Positions 29,673 to 38,583 of a DNA stretch of 64,000 nt are shown here, piece by piece. Below the pieces are notes generated by a model that did not search any database, had not been told where the DNA came from, and was given only the letters and a program-made list of their open reading frames with translations. This DNA is from Acidobacteriota bacterium (lineage in GTDB: Bacteria > Acidobacteriota > UBA890 > WLXD01), in the NCBI GenBank assembly GCA_963666215.2, contig CAXWPL010000004.1, positions 704,001-768,000 of the forward strand, in the 5' to 3' direction. Numbering within the stretch: position 1 is the first letter of the stretch; each line of letters opens with the position of its first letter. Position numbers and translations under genes: made by a program.

Positions 29673-30704
29673 CTAGTTGTTGTTGGCTCGCGCCGACAAC
29701 TCCTCCACCAACTGGATGGCGCGCTCGGAGGTAACGCCGTGCCCCGAGTTGAGGCACTCGAGCAACGTGTTGTGACCGATTGCCGTGCAGGTAGGCTCGT
29801 TCATCTCGGTGGCGGCCAGGAGCTCGATGGGAAGGTCGCGGGCAGTGCGGTGCGCCTGCACCATGCGCTCAAACCATTCCGGCGACAGCAGGCCGTCGCG
29901 CTCGTTCGGGTAATGGGCCGGCTCTCCCTCGTCCTCCACAAGGCGCTCTACGGTGCTGGCGAGCTGTCCACGGTAGTTGTCGCCATCGGTGGCGGTGTAA
30001 CGACCGGCGGTCGAACGCACATAGGCAACCGCCTTCTGCCACATCTCCGGATCGGGCTCCATACCGCGCTGCCGTGTGTACTGCTCCATCCTCGACAAAG
30101 AAGCGCGCCAGTTGTCCGCCGTATACATCGCCGGGTGCGCCGGCTGGTGGCAATCGGAGCAAACCTGCAAGAAGGCGCGCCCACCGGCTGTTTGGAGATT
30201 GGGCATCGAGTTGTTCTGCGCCATGTCTTGCGCAACGCCGTTACGGTACTGACTCTTGACCTGATCCGCGACGGCAGCGTAGTTCGCCTCTGTGCCGCCG
30301 GCTTGCTCGAGGAGCTGCCCAGCCATGATGGCCTCGCCAAGGCACGTGGCGCACGCCGCCGCGTGCTGCGAGCGGTAGCAGCCAATCAGCGCGCCGTGCC
30401 CGTAGAGCATGCAGGGGCAGTAGCAAGGAATCTGCTCGAGCATCTCCGGATGGTCGTTGGCGACGCGATAGGCCTGAGGAATCTGCTGCAGGTAGTCGAG
30501 ACCGGGAAAATTGCGCGTCAATTGGGTCTGAGTGCCCTCAGCGCTCGCGGCACCATCGGGCGCTAGGCCGTCGCCGGTGGGCTCCGTGTCGGACGAACGT
30601 GTTGGGGACGTCGACTCGGTCGACCCATCGCCGGCCGCCGCGTTGCAGCCAACAACAGCCAGCGACAACGCGGTGATCGCAACCAAAAGAGCAGACTTAG
30701 CCAT
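29673..30704 (-). CDS. Lipoprotein: PCYCGC-type domain + monoheme cytochrome c + degenerate PCYCGC repeat
   Basis: Lipobox AVVG-C; IPCYCPC..GH..C..H..CATC; CSDCH..W..RM. Start ATG 30704 with GAGG upstream. Confidence 0.8.
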   Translation of the reverse strand: MAKSALLVAITALSLAVVGCNAAAGDGSTESTSPTRSSDTEPTGDGLAPDGAASAEGTQTQLTRNFPGLDYLQQIPQAYRVANDHPEMLEQIPCYCPCMLYGHGALIGCYRSQHAAACATCLGEAIMAGQLLEQAGGTEANYAAVADQVKSQYRNGVAQDMAQNNSMPNLQTAGGRAFLQVCSDCHQPAHPAMYTADNWRASLSRMEQYTRQRGMEPDPEMWQKAVAYVRSTAGRYTATDGDNYRGQLASTVERLVEDEGEPAHYPNERDGLLSPEWFERMVQAHRTARDLPIELLAATEMNEPTCTAIGHNTLLECLNSGHGVTSERAIQLVEELSARANNN

Positions 30705-30729
30705 GGGTGTTCGCCTCGGTTCTGACTCG

Positions 30730-31812
30730 CTATTGGGGCGTGCCGGTCTCACCCGCGATGGTGCCGGCTTCGAGGAGCGTCTCGAGCCGCTCGAAGCGCG
30801 GATCGAGGATGTCGATATCGGTACGCGCGTAGAGCTCGCGGACATAGTCTTCCATCCGCTTGTTGTTCTTCTCGGCCGTGAGCCGGCTACGGATCGCGTC
30901 GCTAACCTGGTCGAGCGGCTGGAGATCTCGTTGGCGGCGCTCGATCACTCGTAGAATATGGATTGTCAGCGCCGTCTCGACGGGCTCGGACAGCGTGTCG
31001 ACCGGCAGCGCGCCCGCCACAGTACCGACTTCGGCAATCAGATCGCTGGTGCCGATGAAGCTGTCGCTCACCGCCACGTGTACGGCTCGGGCGTACTTGC
31101 TAGCCGCCTCGTCCATCGTCGCGCCACCGCGTAGATCTTCGAGGGCCGCGGCCGCCTGAGCCCTGATCTGGACCGGGTCACTGCCCTCGAGCGGGAACAC
31201 CAGCTGCTGGAGGCGCACCTGCTCGGGTGAGGTGAATTCCTCCGGGTGCTCCTCATAGTAGGTCTGGATCTCTCCGTCGGTGACAAAAATGCCGCGCTCG
31301 ACCTCTTCGTACACGAGACGCTGTTGTCGCAGCTGCATGCCGAGCTGCTCGCGCAGCTCCTGCATCGTCATCCCGAGCGCCGCCAGCGCCTGATCGAACT
31401 GTTCTTCGGTAGCAATCCCCTGTTGCTGACGGATGTTGGAGACGGCGCGATCGATCTGGTTCGGATCGGCCGTAATGCCGAGCTGCTCGGCACGCTGCTG
31501 CATCAGCTTCTGTTCGATCAATCCGCGCAGAAACAACACGCGGAGATCGCCGAGCTGCGCCTGCACTTCAGCTTCGGGAATTTGCTGTCGGATCACGACG
31601 AGGCGATTCGTTTCCTCCGCCTCGAACTCGCTGAGAAGGATGGGCTCGCCGTTGACCTTCGCCATGATCATGTTGATCACGTTGGCGGCATTTTCGACGG
31701 GAGACCTGATAGGGCCTTCTTGCGCAAAGACCTGCGCCGCCGGGGCGGAGAGCAGAAGTGCCAGCGCGGCGTAGCGGCGCCACAGCGAGGAAAATCTTGA
31801 TGCTCTGGTCAT
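30730..31812 (-). CDS. SurA/PrsA-like periplasmic chaperone, parvulin domain
   Basis: Signal peptide; AKVNGEPILLSE; IQTYYEEHPEEF..PEQVRL; SEPVET..HIL. Lies downstream of mfd. Confidence 0.85.
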   Translation of the reverse strand: MTRASRFSSLWRRYAALALLLSAPAAQVFAQEGPIRSPVENAANVINMIMAKVNGEPILLSEFEAEETNRLVVIRQQIPEAEVQAQLGDLRVLFLRGLIEQKLMQQRAEQLGITADPNQIDRAVSNIRQQQGIATEEQFDQALAALGMTMQELREQLGMQLRQQRLVYEEVERGIFVTDGEIQTYYEEHPEEFTSPEQVRLQQLVFPLEGSDPVQIRAQAAAALEDLRGGATMDEAASKYARAVHVAVSDSFIGTSDLIAEVGTVAGALPVDTLSEPVETALTIHILRVIERRQRDLQPLDQVSDAIRSRLTAEKNNKRMEDYVRELYARTDIDILDPRFERLETLLEAGTIAGETGTPQ

Positions 31813-32087
31813 CGAGGGGCTCTGCGAAGTGCGGCGCCGGCTGCGTGGTCGGGCAAGCCGCGGAACGTTCTTTACGAAAGGGCAGCATGACAAGGCTAAC
31901 ATGGCCCTAGGGCGTCAAACAGCATCTCCAAACGCGAACCTGTGCGGCATTCCGATGTCGCCTCACGCGCCGGCCCTCGTTGCCCGCGGCTGTCCGATGG
32001 TCGGCCAGCGCGAGACCGAGCAGCCAGGCTGCGGTCGTCGATGACGGCCGCTCCTGGGGCGGCGGCGGGACTGGAGTGGCGTAACGG

Positions 32088-35000
32088 CTACGTGAGCGCC
32101 TCCACCGCCTCCCACGCCGCTTCCAGCAGCACCTCCGCCGAGTGCTTGGTGGTCTGCACCAGCAACCGGTCGGGGGGGAGCAGCTGCCAGGCTTCACGCT
32201 GCCGAACGAGCTCGACCAGGCGATCGAGGTCGAGCTTGCTGTCGTTGCCGAACCGCAGTGCCAGCCCGCTCTTGTGCCGATCGAGATTGCGGATTCCCAG
32301 GTCCTCCGCCGCGAGCCGCAGCGCCGCGTAGCGGAACAACGTCTCGACGACCGAGGGTAGCGGCCCGTAGCGGTCGCGAACCTCCTTCTGCAACGCCTCG
32401 AGCTGGGCTGTGGTTCGCGCCGAGGTGAGTCGTTTGCTGACCGTGAGTCGCTGCAGAGGATCCTCGATATACGCCTCGGGTAGCCTGAGATCGATACCGA
32501 GATTGAGCTGTGCGCGAAGGTCGGCCGCCGCGGGCTGGCCGCGCAACTCGCCTACCGCCTCCTCCAGCAAACGCGCGTACAACTCGAAGCCAACCGCGGC
32601 GATGTGGCCGTGCTGGCGCTCGCCGAGCAACGAGCCGGCGCCACGGATCTCGAGATCCATTGCCGCGAGACGGAAACCCGAGCCCAGGTCGGAGAACTCC
32701 TGGATCGCCCGCAGCCGCTTCTTGGCAACCTCCGAGAGGGTGTCGACCGGAGGCACGATCAAGTACGCATAGGCGCGACGATTCGATCGGCCAACGCGGC
32801 CGCGGAGCTGGTAGAGCTGCGCTAGCCCGAAACGGTCGGCGCGGTTGACAACGATCGTATTGGCCAGCGGGATGTCGAGGCCGTTCTCGATGATCGACGT
32901 GGTCACCAGCACGTCCGCCGCGCCGTCCACGAAGTCGAGCATGACGCGCTCCAGCTCGGCCTGCAGGAGCTGCCCGTGGGCCACACGGTAGCTGGCCTCG
33001 GGGACGATCTTCTCGAGGTTGCGGGCCACCGAATAGATGCTCTGCACCCGGTTGTGGACGAAGAACACCTGCCCCCCGCGTGCCAACTCGGCGCGGATCG
33101 CGTCGGCGATGGTCTCGGCGTCGTACGGCACGATGTGGGTGGCGATGGCATATCGATCCCTCGGAGGCGTTTCGATCACGCTCAGGTCGCGTACGCCGAG
33201 CAGCGACATCTGCAGTGTTCTGGGAATCGGCGTGGCAGTCATCGAGAGCACGTCGACCTCGCGCTTGAAGCGCTTCAGCTTCTCCTTTTGCCCCACGCCA
33301 AAGCGCTGCTCCTCGTCGACAATCAGGAGGCCGAGGTCAGGGAACTCGATGTCCTTCGACAGCAGTCGGTGGGTTCCGATCAGGACGTCGACCTTGGCAT
33401 CGCGTACGTCACGAGTGATCTCGCGTTGCTCGGTTGACGAGCTGAATCGAGAGATCAGCCGCACCGCTACGGGAAAGGCCGCGAAGCGGTCCTTGAAGGT
33501 CCGCCAGTGTTGGTGAGCGAGTACCGTGGTGGGCGCCAACACGGCCACCTGCTTGCCGTCCATCACCGCCTTGAAGGAGGCGCGCATGGCGACCTCGGTC
33601 TTGCCATAGCCAACGTCGCCACACAGCAACCGATCCATCACCTCCGGCTTCTCCATGTCGCGCTTGATTTCGTCGATGGCCGAGAGTTGATCCGGTGTCT
33701 CGTCGAACTCGAAGCTCTGTTCGAGCTCGAGCTGCCACGGAGTGTCGCCGCCGAACGGATGTCCGTAGCTCGCCTTGCGGGCGGCATAGAGCTCGAGAAG
33801 GTCGGCCGCCATTTCTCGTAGCTCGCGTTTTACGCGGCCCTTAGCCTTGTGCCAGCCGGTACCCCCGAGCTTGTCGAGCCTCGGCGCAACGCTGTCACCG
33901 GCGCGAAACTTCTGCACCAGATAGAGCTGATCGAGCGGCACGAACAGGCGCCCGCCGCCGAGGTATTCGACCTCCATGCACTCGGCCGCGGCGAGCCCGC
34001 CGTCGCCGCCAACGTCGATCGAGCGCACGCTCACGAAGCGGCCGACGCCGTGATCCTCGTGGATGATCGTGTCGCCCGGCTGCAGATCCCGAAAGTCGCC
34101 CTCGAACGCGCGGCCGGCCGACCGGCGGCGCCGAATCGGTGGGCGGACTCGTCCGAACAGCTCGGTGTCGGTCGACACCCAGAGCCCGACATCGGGAACT
34201 CGGAATCCGGCGGACAGCGCACCGCTCGACACCCAGCAGGTGGTCTCCTGCGGCGTCCCCTCTGACAGCCGGAAGCTGGGGTCGATATCGAACGAGGCCA
34301 CCGCTGCCTCGCTATCGACGTCCGGATGCGCGGGAATTTCGCCCGCATTGGCCCGAATGCCCGCGTCGGACGAGCCGCCGAGAGTTCTCGCTGTGTCACT
34401 CTCGTTGCAGTGGTTGTCGTCGAGACGTAACGCAACGCGGACACCGTAGCCCTCCAGAATCTCGGCCGTGCGCTGCGCCTTGCCGGCCGTGCTCAAGAGC
34501 ATCAACACTCGGCGGCCGTCGTCGAGCTGGCGCCGCACCGCCTTGCTCAGATCGGCCAGCCGCCCTCGATAACCGGGCGCCGCCTGGGCATCGAGTCGCA
34601 CGACCTTGAAGCCGTCGCCCGTGTCGCGCCCTGTACCGGCGAGCGTCGCGATTTCAAGACGCCCTTGCTCGGGACGCGGTGCCTCGACCGTCCCGGCGGC
34701 CTCGATCGTCGAAGCTTCCTCGGCCTGCGTGGCGCGCGCCAGAGCGCCGTCGAGGGCATGCATCAGCGTCCCCGGGACCCGCGGATTGGTGCCGGCGGCG
34801 ATCGCCTGATGATAGTGCTCCTCCAGGTAATCGACCCACGCCTGGGCATCGCTCTGAAGGATCGGCGGATCGTACTCGACCCAGAGCGGTGACTGTACGT
34901 AGTCGGCCAGCTTGGAGCTGAGGGTCGCCGATTCCGTATCTGCGCCGTTGAGCTCCGCGGCGGTATCGGCGCTTCCAAGAGCCGTGGCCGGCGGCAGATC

Positions 35001-35675
35001 GAGCCGCTTGACGTCGCGCATCGAACGCTGATCGCGGGGATTGAATTCGCGCAAGGATTCCACGTCGTCGCCGAAGAACTCCATCCTTACCGGGTGATCA
35101 CGCGTCGGCGAGAACGCATCGACGATGCCGCCTCGTACGGCGAACTCGCCGGCCGATTCCACCATCGACACACGACGGTAACCGGCCTCGACGAGCCGTC
35201 GCGCGACTTCTGCCGGGGCGATCTGATCGCCAGCACGAACCGCAGTGGAACCGGCTCGAAACCCGATCGGTGACTGCAGACGCTCCATCCAGGCCCGCGC
35301 CGGCGCAAGCACCACCGCCACCCGGCCGCTGAGACAATCCTCGAGCGTCTGCAGGCGCTCGCGCAGAATGTCGTCGTGCGGTGGCACGCTGCCGTAAGGG
35401 TTGACGCCGCGGCCCGGGAACACGGCAATGCGACCCGCTCCGGCGGCAGCCTCATGAAAAGCGCTGATATCGGAGCGCAACACCTCGATATCCACCGCCG
35501 AAGGAACGACAACCGCAAGGGGCCGCCCGACAGTGCGCCAGACCGCATGCAACACCGCCGCGGCGTGGCTACCCGACAGGCCCTCCGCGCGCACTTTCGC
35601 CCCAGCGCGGACAGCGTCGCAGAGGGCACGCTGTGACGCGCGCGTGTCTAAGACAGCGGCGATGTCGCGGAGCAT
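32088..35675 (-). CDS. mfd: Transcription-repair coupling factor
   Basis: GEFAVRGGIVD, DRLLCGDVGYGKTEV, DEEQRFG, TATPIPRT, QLRGRVGR, DLEIRGAG, C-terminal TRCF domain. Confidence 0.97.
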   Translation of the reverse strand: MLRDIAAVLDTRASQRALCDAVRAGAKVRAEGLSGSHAAAVLHAVWRTVGRPLAVVVPSAVDIEVLRSDISAFHEAAAGAGRIAVFPGRGVNPYGSVPPHDDILRERLQTLEDCLSGRVAVVLAPARAWMERLQSPIGFRAGSTAVRAGDQIAPAEVARRLVEAGYRRVSMVESAGEFAVRGGIVDAFSPTRDHPVRMEFFGDDVESLREFNPRDQRSMRDVKRLDLPPATALGSADTAAELNGADTESATLSSKLADYVQSPLWVEYDPPILQSDAQAWVDYLEEHYHQAIAAGTNPRVPGTLMHALDGALARATQAEEASTIEAAGTVEAPRPEQGRLEIATLAGTGRDTGDGFKVVRLDAQAAPGYRGRLADLSKAVRRQLDDGRRVLMLLSTAGKAQRTAEILEGYGVRVALRLDDNHCNESDTARTLGGSSDAGIRANAGEIPAHPDVDSEAAVASFDIDPSFRLSEGTPQETTCWVSSGALSAGFRVPDVGLWVSTDTELFGRVRPPIRRRRSAGRAFEGDFRDLQPGDTIIHEDHGVGRFVSVRSIDVGGDGGLAAAECMEVEYLGGGRLFVPLDQLYLVQKFRAGDSVAPRLDKLGGTGWHKAKGRVKRELREMAADLLELYAARKASYGHPFGGDTPWQLELEQSFEFDETPDQLSAIDEIKRDMEKPEVMDRLLCGDVGYGKTEVAMRASFKAVMDGKQVAVLAPTTVLAHQHWRTFKDRFAAFPVAVRLISRFSSSTEQREITRDVRDAKVDVLIGTHRLLSKDIEFPDLGLLIVDEEQRFGVGQKEKLKRFKREVDVLSMTATPIPRTLQMSLLGVRDLSVIETPPRDRYAIATHIVPYDAETIADAIRAELARGGQVFFVHNRVQSIYSVARNLEKIVPEASYRVAHGQLLQAELERVMLDFVDGAADVLVTTSIIENGLDIPLANTIVVNRADRFGLAQLYQLRGRVGRSNRRAYAYLIVPPVDTLSEVAKKRLRAIQEFSDLGSGFRLAAMDLEIRGAGSLLGERQHGHIAAVGFELYARLLEEAVGELRGQPAAADLRAQLNLGIDLRLPEAYIEDPLQRLTVSKRLTSARTTAQLEALQKEVRDRYGPLPSVVETLFRYAALRLAAEDLGIRNLDRHKSGLALRFGNDSKLDLDRLVELVRQREAWQLLPPDRLLVQTTKHSAEVLLEAAWEAVEALT

Positions 35676-35786
35676 GGATCGGCCATGCTATCGAGCGTGT
35701 GACATGCGCGCTATCACCCCGAGGCTCTTCGCCAAGCCGAGTCGGCGTACCCCGGCGGGAGCGAGCGGCGCCGCTCTGCTCGGCGG

Positions 35787-37547
35787 CTACTCCAGGTCGG
35801 GAGTCGTGGGTGTTGCCATCGCGGCGCCCGGCTCGGCAGCCGACTCGGCGGCCGGCTTCGCCTTGATGCCGCCAACCGCCTTCCACGCCACCGCACCCTC
35901 GAACTCCCAGGTGTGCGGCAGGCGCGCAACGCCAACATCGCCGTAGCGCGAGTTGACTCGAAAGCTGTACAGCCCGCGGTGGTAGTCGTACGGCGTGCCA
36001 TCGGCGCCGTGGGTCGCGACGTCGAGATAGTAGGTGCCTTGAACCAGGCTGAGCGACGGGATGACAAAGCGAATCGTAGCGTCGCCATCGAGGGCCCCGG
36101 CCTTGAAATCCTCGATATCCGTGTTGGTGCCGTAGCAGGAAACGCCGTTGGCGTTGAACAGGCCGAGGCCAAAAACGAAGTCCCCCGTCGGCTCCGCGGC
36201 GCTGACCAGCATCTCGATCGTCATCTCGTCGCCGCTGTCGAAAACGTGGCGCGGTCGGCCATTGCCATCGAGCAGACGAACGCTCTCGATAGCCACGCTG
36301 CGATTCCCCCACCGGCCTGGCTCATAGGGGTTGTCGATGGACGCGTCTGCTGTGGTGTCGGTGGTGACAGCGGGGTCGGCGGTCTCCCTGGTCTCCCCGG
36401 TCTCGGTGCTCTCGGTGCTCTCGGTGCTCTCGGTGCTCTCGGTGCTCTCGGTGCTCTCGGTGCTCTCCGTGCTCTCGGTGCTCTCGGCGCTCTCCGTGAT
36501 CTCGCTGGTTTCGGTGGCTCCCGATGTCTCTCGCGCCTCCGACCCGCCCCGGTCGTCAGAAAGTCCGTCTTCTGCGGAGTCTGCGCCCGTGGGCTCGTCG
36601 GAAACTGCCGCGGTGTCGCCAGCATCGCCGGCCTCGGCCTTCGCCGCCCTGGCCACGTCGCCCGACCCACCGGTGGCGTCAGCGATCCGCCGACGTTCCT
36701 CCGTGGCCATCTCTCGATCTACATGCTCCCCTACCCAATCGAGGTAGGCGTCGACCACGCGCATCGGGTCGCCCACCATCTGGACCTTGCCGGCGTGAAT
36801 CCAGGCAACGCGGTCGCAGAGGACGCGGACGGTCTCCATCCCATGCGTAACCAGCAGGATGGTCTTGCCACGGCGCTTGAACTCGCCGATCTTGTCGAGG
36901 CACTTGTGGATGAAACCCTCGTCGCCAACGGCGAGCACCTCATCGATCACGAGGATGTCGGGCTCGACATGAATCGCCACCGAGAACGCGAGGCGCATGT
37001 ACATGCCCGACGAGTAGTTCTTCACCGGATGGTCGATGAACTCCTCGAGCTCGGCGAACTGCACGATGCGCTCGTAAAGTTCCTCGATTTCGGCGCGGCT
37101 CAGCCCCAGCATGACGCCGTTGATGAAGACGTTCTCGCGCCCGGAGATCTCGGGGTGGAAGCCGGCGCCAAGCTCGATGAGCGCCGAGATCTTGCCGTCG
37201 ATCTCCACCCGCCCCTCGGTGGGCTTGGTGGTGCCAGCGATCAGCTTCATCATGGTGCTCTTGCCGGCGCCGTTGGCGCCGATGATGCCGAACGTCTCGC
37301 CGTGAGCGACGTCGATGGTGGCGCCCTCGAGCGCCGTGAACACCTCGTCGGGCCGCAGGATCTTGAACAGGTTGCCGCCGACGAAGGCGCTCTTGAGCGT
37401 CAGAAAACGATGCGACTGCGCGAAGCGCCGGTAGCGCTTGGTGACGTCGACAAGACGAATCGCCGGCTTGACAGGCTTGGCCTTAGCGGCGACAGCGGTC
37501 GACGCCGGTTGCGGAACGGCGCCGTCGGAAGAGGAGGCGCGCGGCAT
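35787..37547 (-). CDS. wzt: Polysaccharide ABC exporter ATPase with C-terminal Wzt-C domain
   Basis: GANGAGKST, YSSGMYMRL, IDEVLAVGD, C-terminal beta domain (GRWG..CYGTNT). Its ATG overlaps the wzm stop (TGATG). Confidence 0.92.
   Translation of the reverse strand: MPRASSSDGAVPQPASTAVAAKAKPVKPAIRLVDVTKRYRRFAQSHRFLTLKSAFVGGNLFKILRPDEVFTALEGATIDVAHGETFGIIGANGAGKSTMMKLIAGTTKPTEGRVEIDGKISALIELGAGFHPEISGRENVFINGVMLGLSRAEIEELYERIVQFAELEEFIDHPVKNYSSGMYMRLAFSVAIHVEPDILVIDEVLAVGDEGFIHKCLDKIGEFKRRGKTILLVTHGMETVRVLCDRVAWIHAGKVQMVGDPMRVVDAYLDWVGEHVDREMATEERRRIADATGGSGDVARAAKAEAGDAGDTAAVSDEPTGADSAEDGLSDDRGGSEARETSGATETSEITESAESTESTESTESTESTESTESTESTESTETGETRETADPAVTTDTTADASIDNPYEPGRWGNRSVAIESVRLLDGNGRPRHVFDSGDEMTIEMLVSAAEPTGDFVFGLGLFNANGVSCYGTNTDIEDFKAGALDGDATIRFVIPSLSLVQGTYYLDVATHGADGTPYDYHRGLYSFRVNSRYGDVGVARLPHTWEFEGAVAWKAVGGIKAKPAAESAAEPGAAMATPTTPDLE
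36400..36498. repeat. 9-bp tandem repeat (CTCTCGGTG) x ~11, encoding (EST)n in Wzt
   Basis: Read directly from the sequence: six consecutive perfect units at 36409-36462 flanked by near-perfect units. Confidence 0.95.
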
Positions 37548-38350
37548 CAAACCTCCTCGGCGAACGAGTCGCGCAGCCGGTCGAAGAACATGTAGCCGAG
37601 TATCAAGACCGCCAGCGACACCAGTCCTGTTACGCCGAGGCGCTTCCACTGAATCAGCTGTCCGGTGAAGATCGCCGCGTGGTAGCCCTCGATGATGTGC
37701 GTCATCGGGTTGAACTGCAGCACGTTCACCACTAGATCCCGCCCCTGGTCCTCGAGCACGCTGAAGCTGTAGATCACCGGCGACGCGAAGAACCACAGGG
37801 TCAGGACGTTGGCCAGCAGATCGCGAACGTCGCGGTAGTGAACCGTGAGCGCCGCCAGAAACAACGACAGGCCCAGCGTGAACACGAACTGGATCAGCAG
37901 TATCAGCGGCAACCAGAAAAAGTGCCACGACAGGCCTTCGGGCCGATACCAGAGCCAGAAGGCGAAGTAGATCGGCAAACCGAGCAGGAAGTTCACGCCG
38001 TTGTGCAGCACGCTGACGATCGGCAGGATCTCGGCCGGGAAAATGATCTTCTTGATCAGGTTGCCGTTGGCGACAATCGCGTTGTTCGCCTCGGCCAGCG
38101 CCGACGAGAACCAGGTCCACGGCAGCAGTCCGCAGAAGAGGTAGAGGGCGTACGGGTCGGTGTCGTCGCCGCGCTGGGGTGTGAAGATCGTCGTGAAAAC
38201 GAACGAATAGACGCCGAGCAGCATCAGCGGATGGATGAACGACCACAGAAAACCGAGGGCCGATCCGCGGTAGCGCGCCTTCAGTTCGCGCATGACGAGC
38301 GTCTGGATTAGCAGTCGGTGGTCGAGCACCCTGCGGAGCGCGTGCAGCAT
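37547..38350 (-). CDS. wzm: Polysaccharide ABC exporter permease
   Basis: RELKARYRGSALGFLWS, NLIKKIIFP, YRD, FFASPVIY, NPMTHII. Confidence 0.93.
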   Translation of the reverse strand: MLHALRRVLDHRLLIQTLVMRELKARYRGSALGFLWSFIHPLMLLGVYSFVFTTIFTPQRGDDTDPYALYLFCGLLPWTWFSSALAEANNAIVANGNLIKKIIFPAEILPIVSVLHNGVNFLLGLPIYFAFWLWYRPEGLSWHFFWLPLILLIQFVFTLGLSLFLAALTVHYRDVRDLLANVLTLWFFASPVIYSFSVLEDQGRDLVVNVLQFNPMTHIIEGYHAAIFTGQLIQWKRLGVTGLVSLAVLILGYMFFDRLRDSFAEEV

Positions 38351-38400
38351 CCGTCGTCTTGTTCCGATCGTGCTGCGTTGACCGCTCGCGATCCCGCGAC

Positions 38401-38421
38401 TGTGGAAAACGCTGTGGAAAA
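38401..38421. promoter_or_regulatory. Tandem DnaA boxes (TGTGGAAAA x2)
   Basis: 38401-38409 and 38413-38421 are reverse complements of TTTTCCACA, matching TTWTNCACA. They are intergenic, upstream of wzm. Confidence 0.6.
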
Positions 38422-38583
38422 CAGGGCGCTGTCGGTGCAAGACAGGCCGGAACTTGAGGAAACAGGGCGGACATTACCGCAACTGGCTGTGAAGAACGCG
38501 CGGCCGCTCCGCCCATGAGGCGCGGCGCGGGGTGCGCCGCGACCCCGTCCAGTGACCTCGGCAGATTGGGTACGCTCCGCGCG

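Noticed and set aside
36400-36498. Repeat considered as a CRISPR array or ON/OFF phase-variation tract
   Set aside because: No spacers or cas genes; the 9-bp unit keeps the reading frame.
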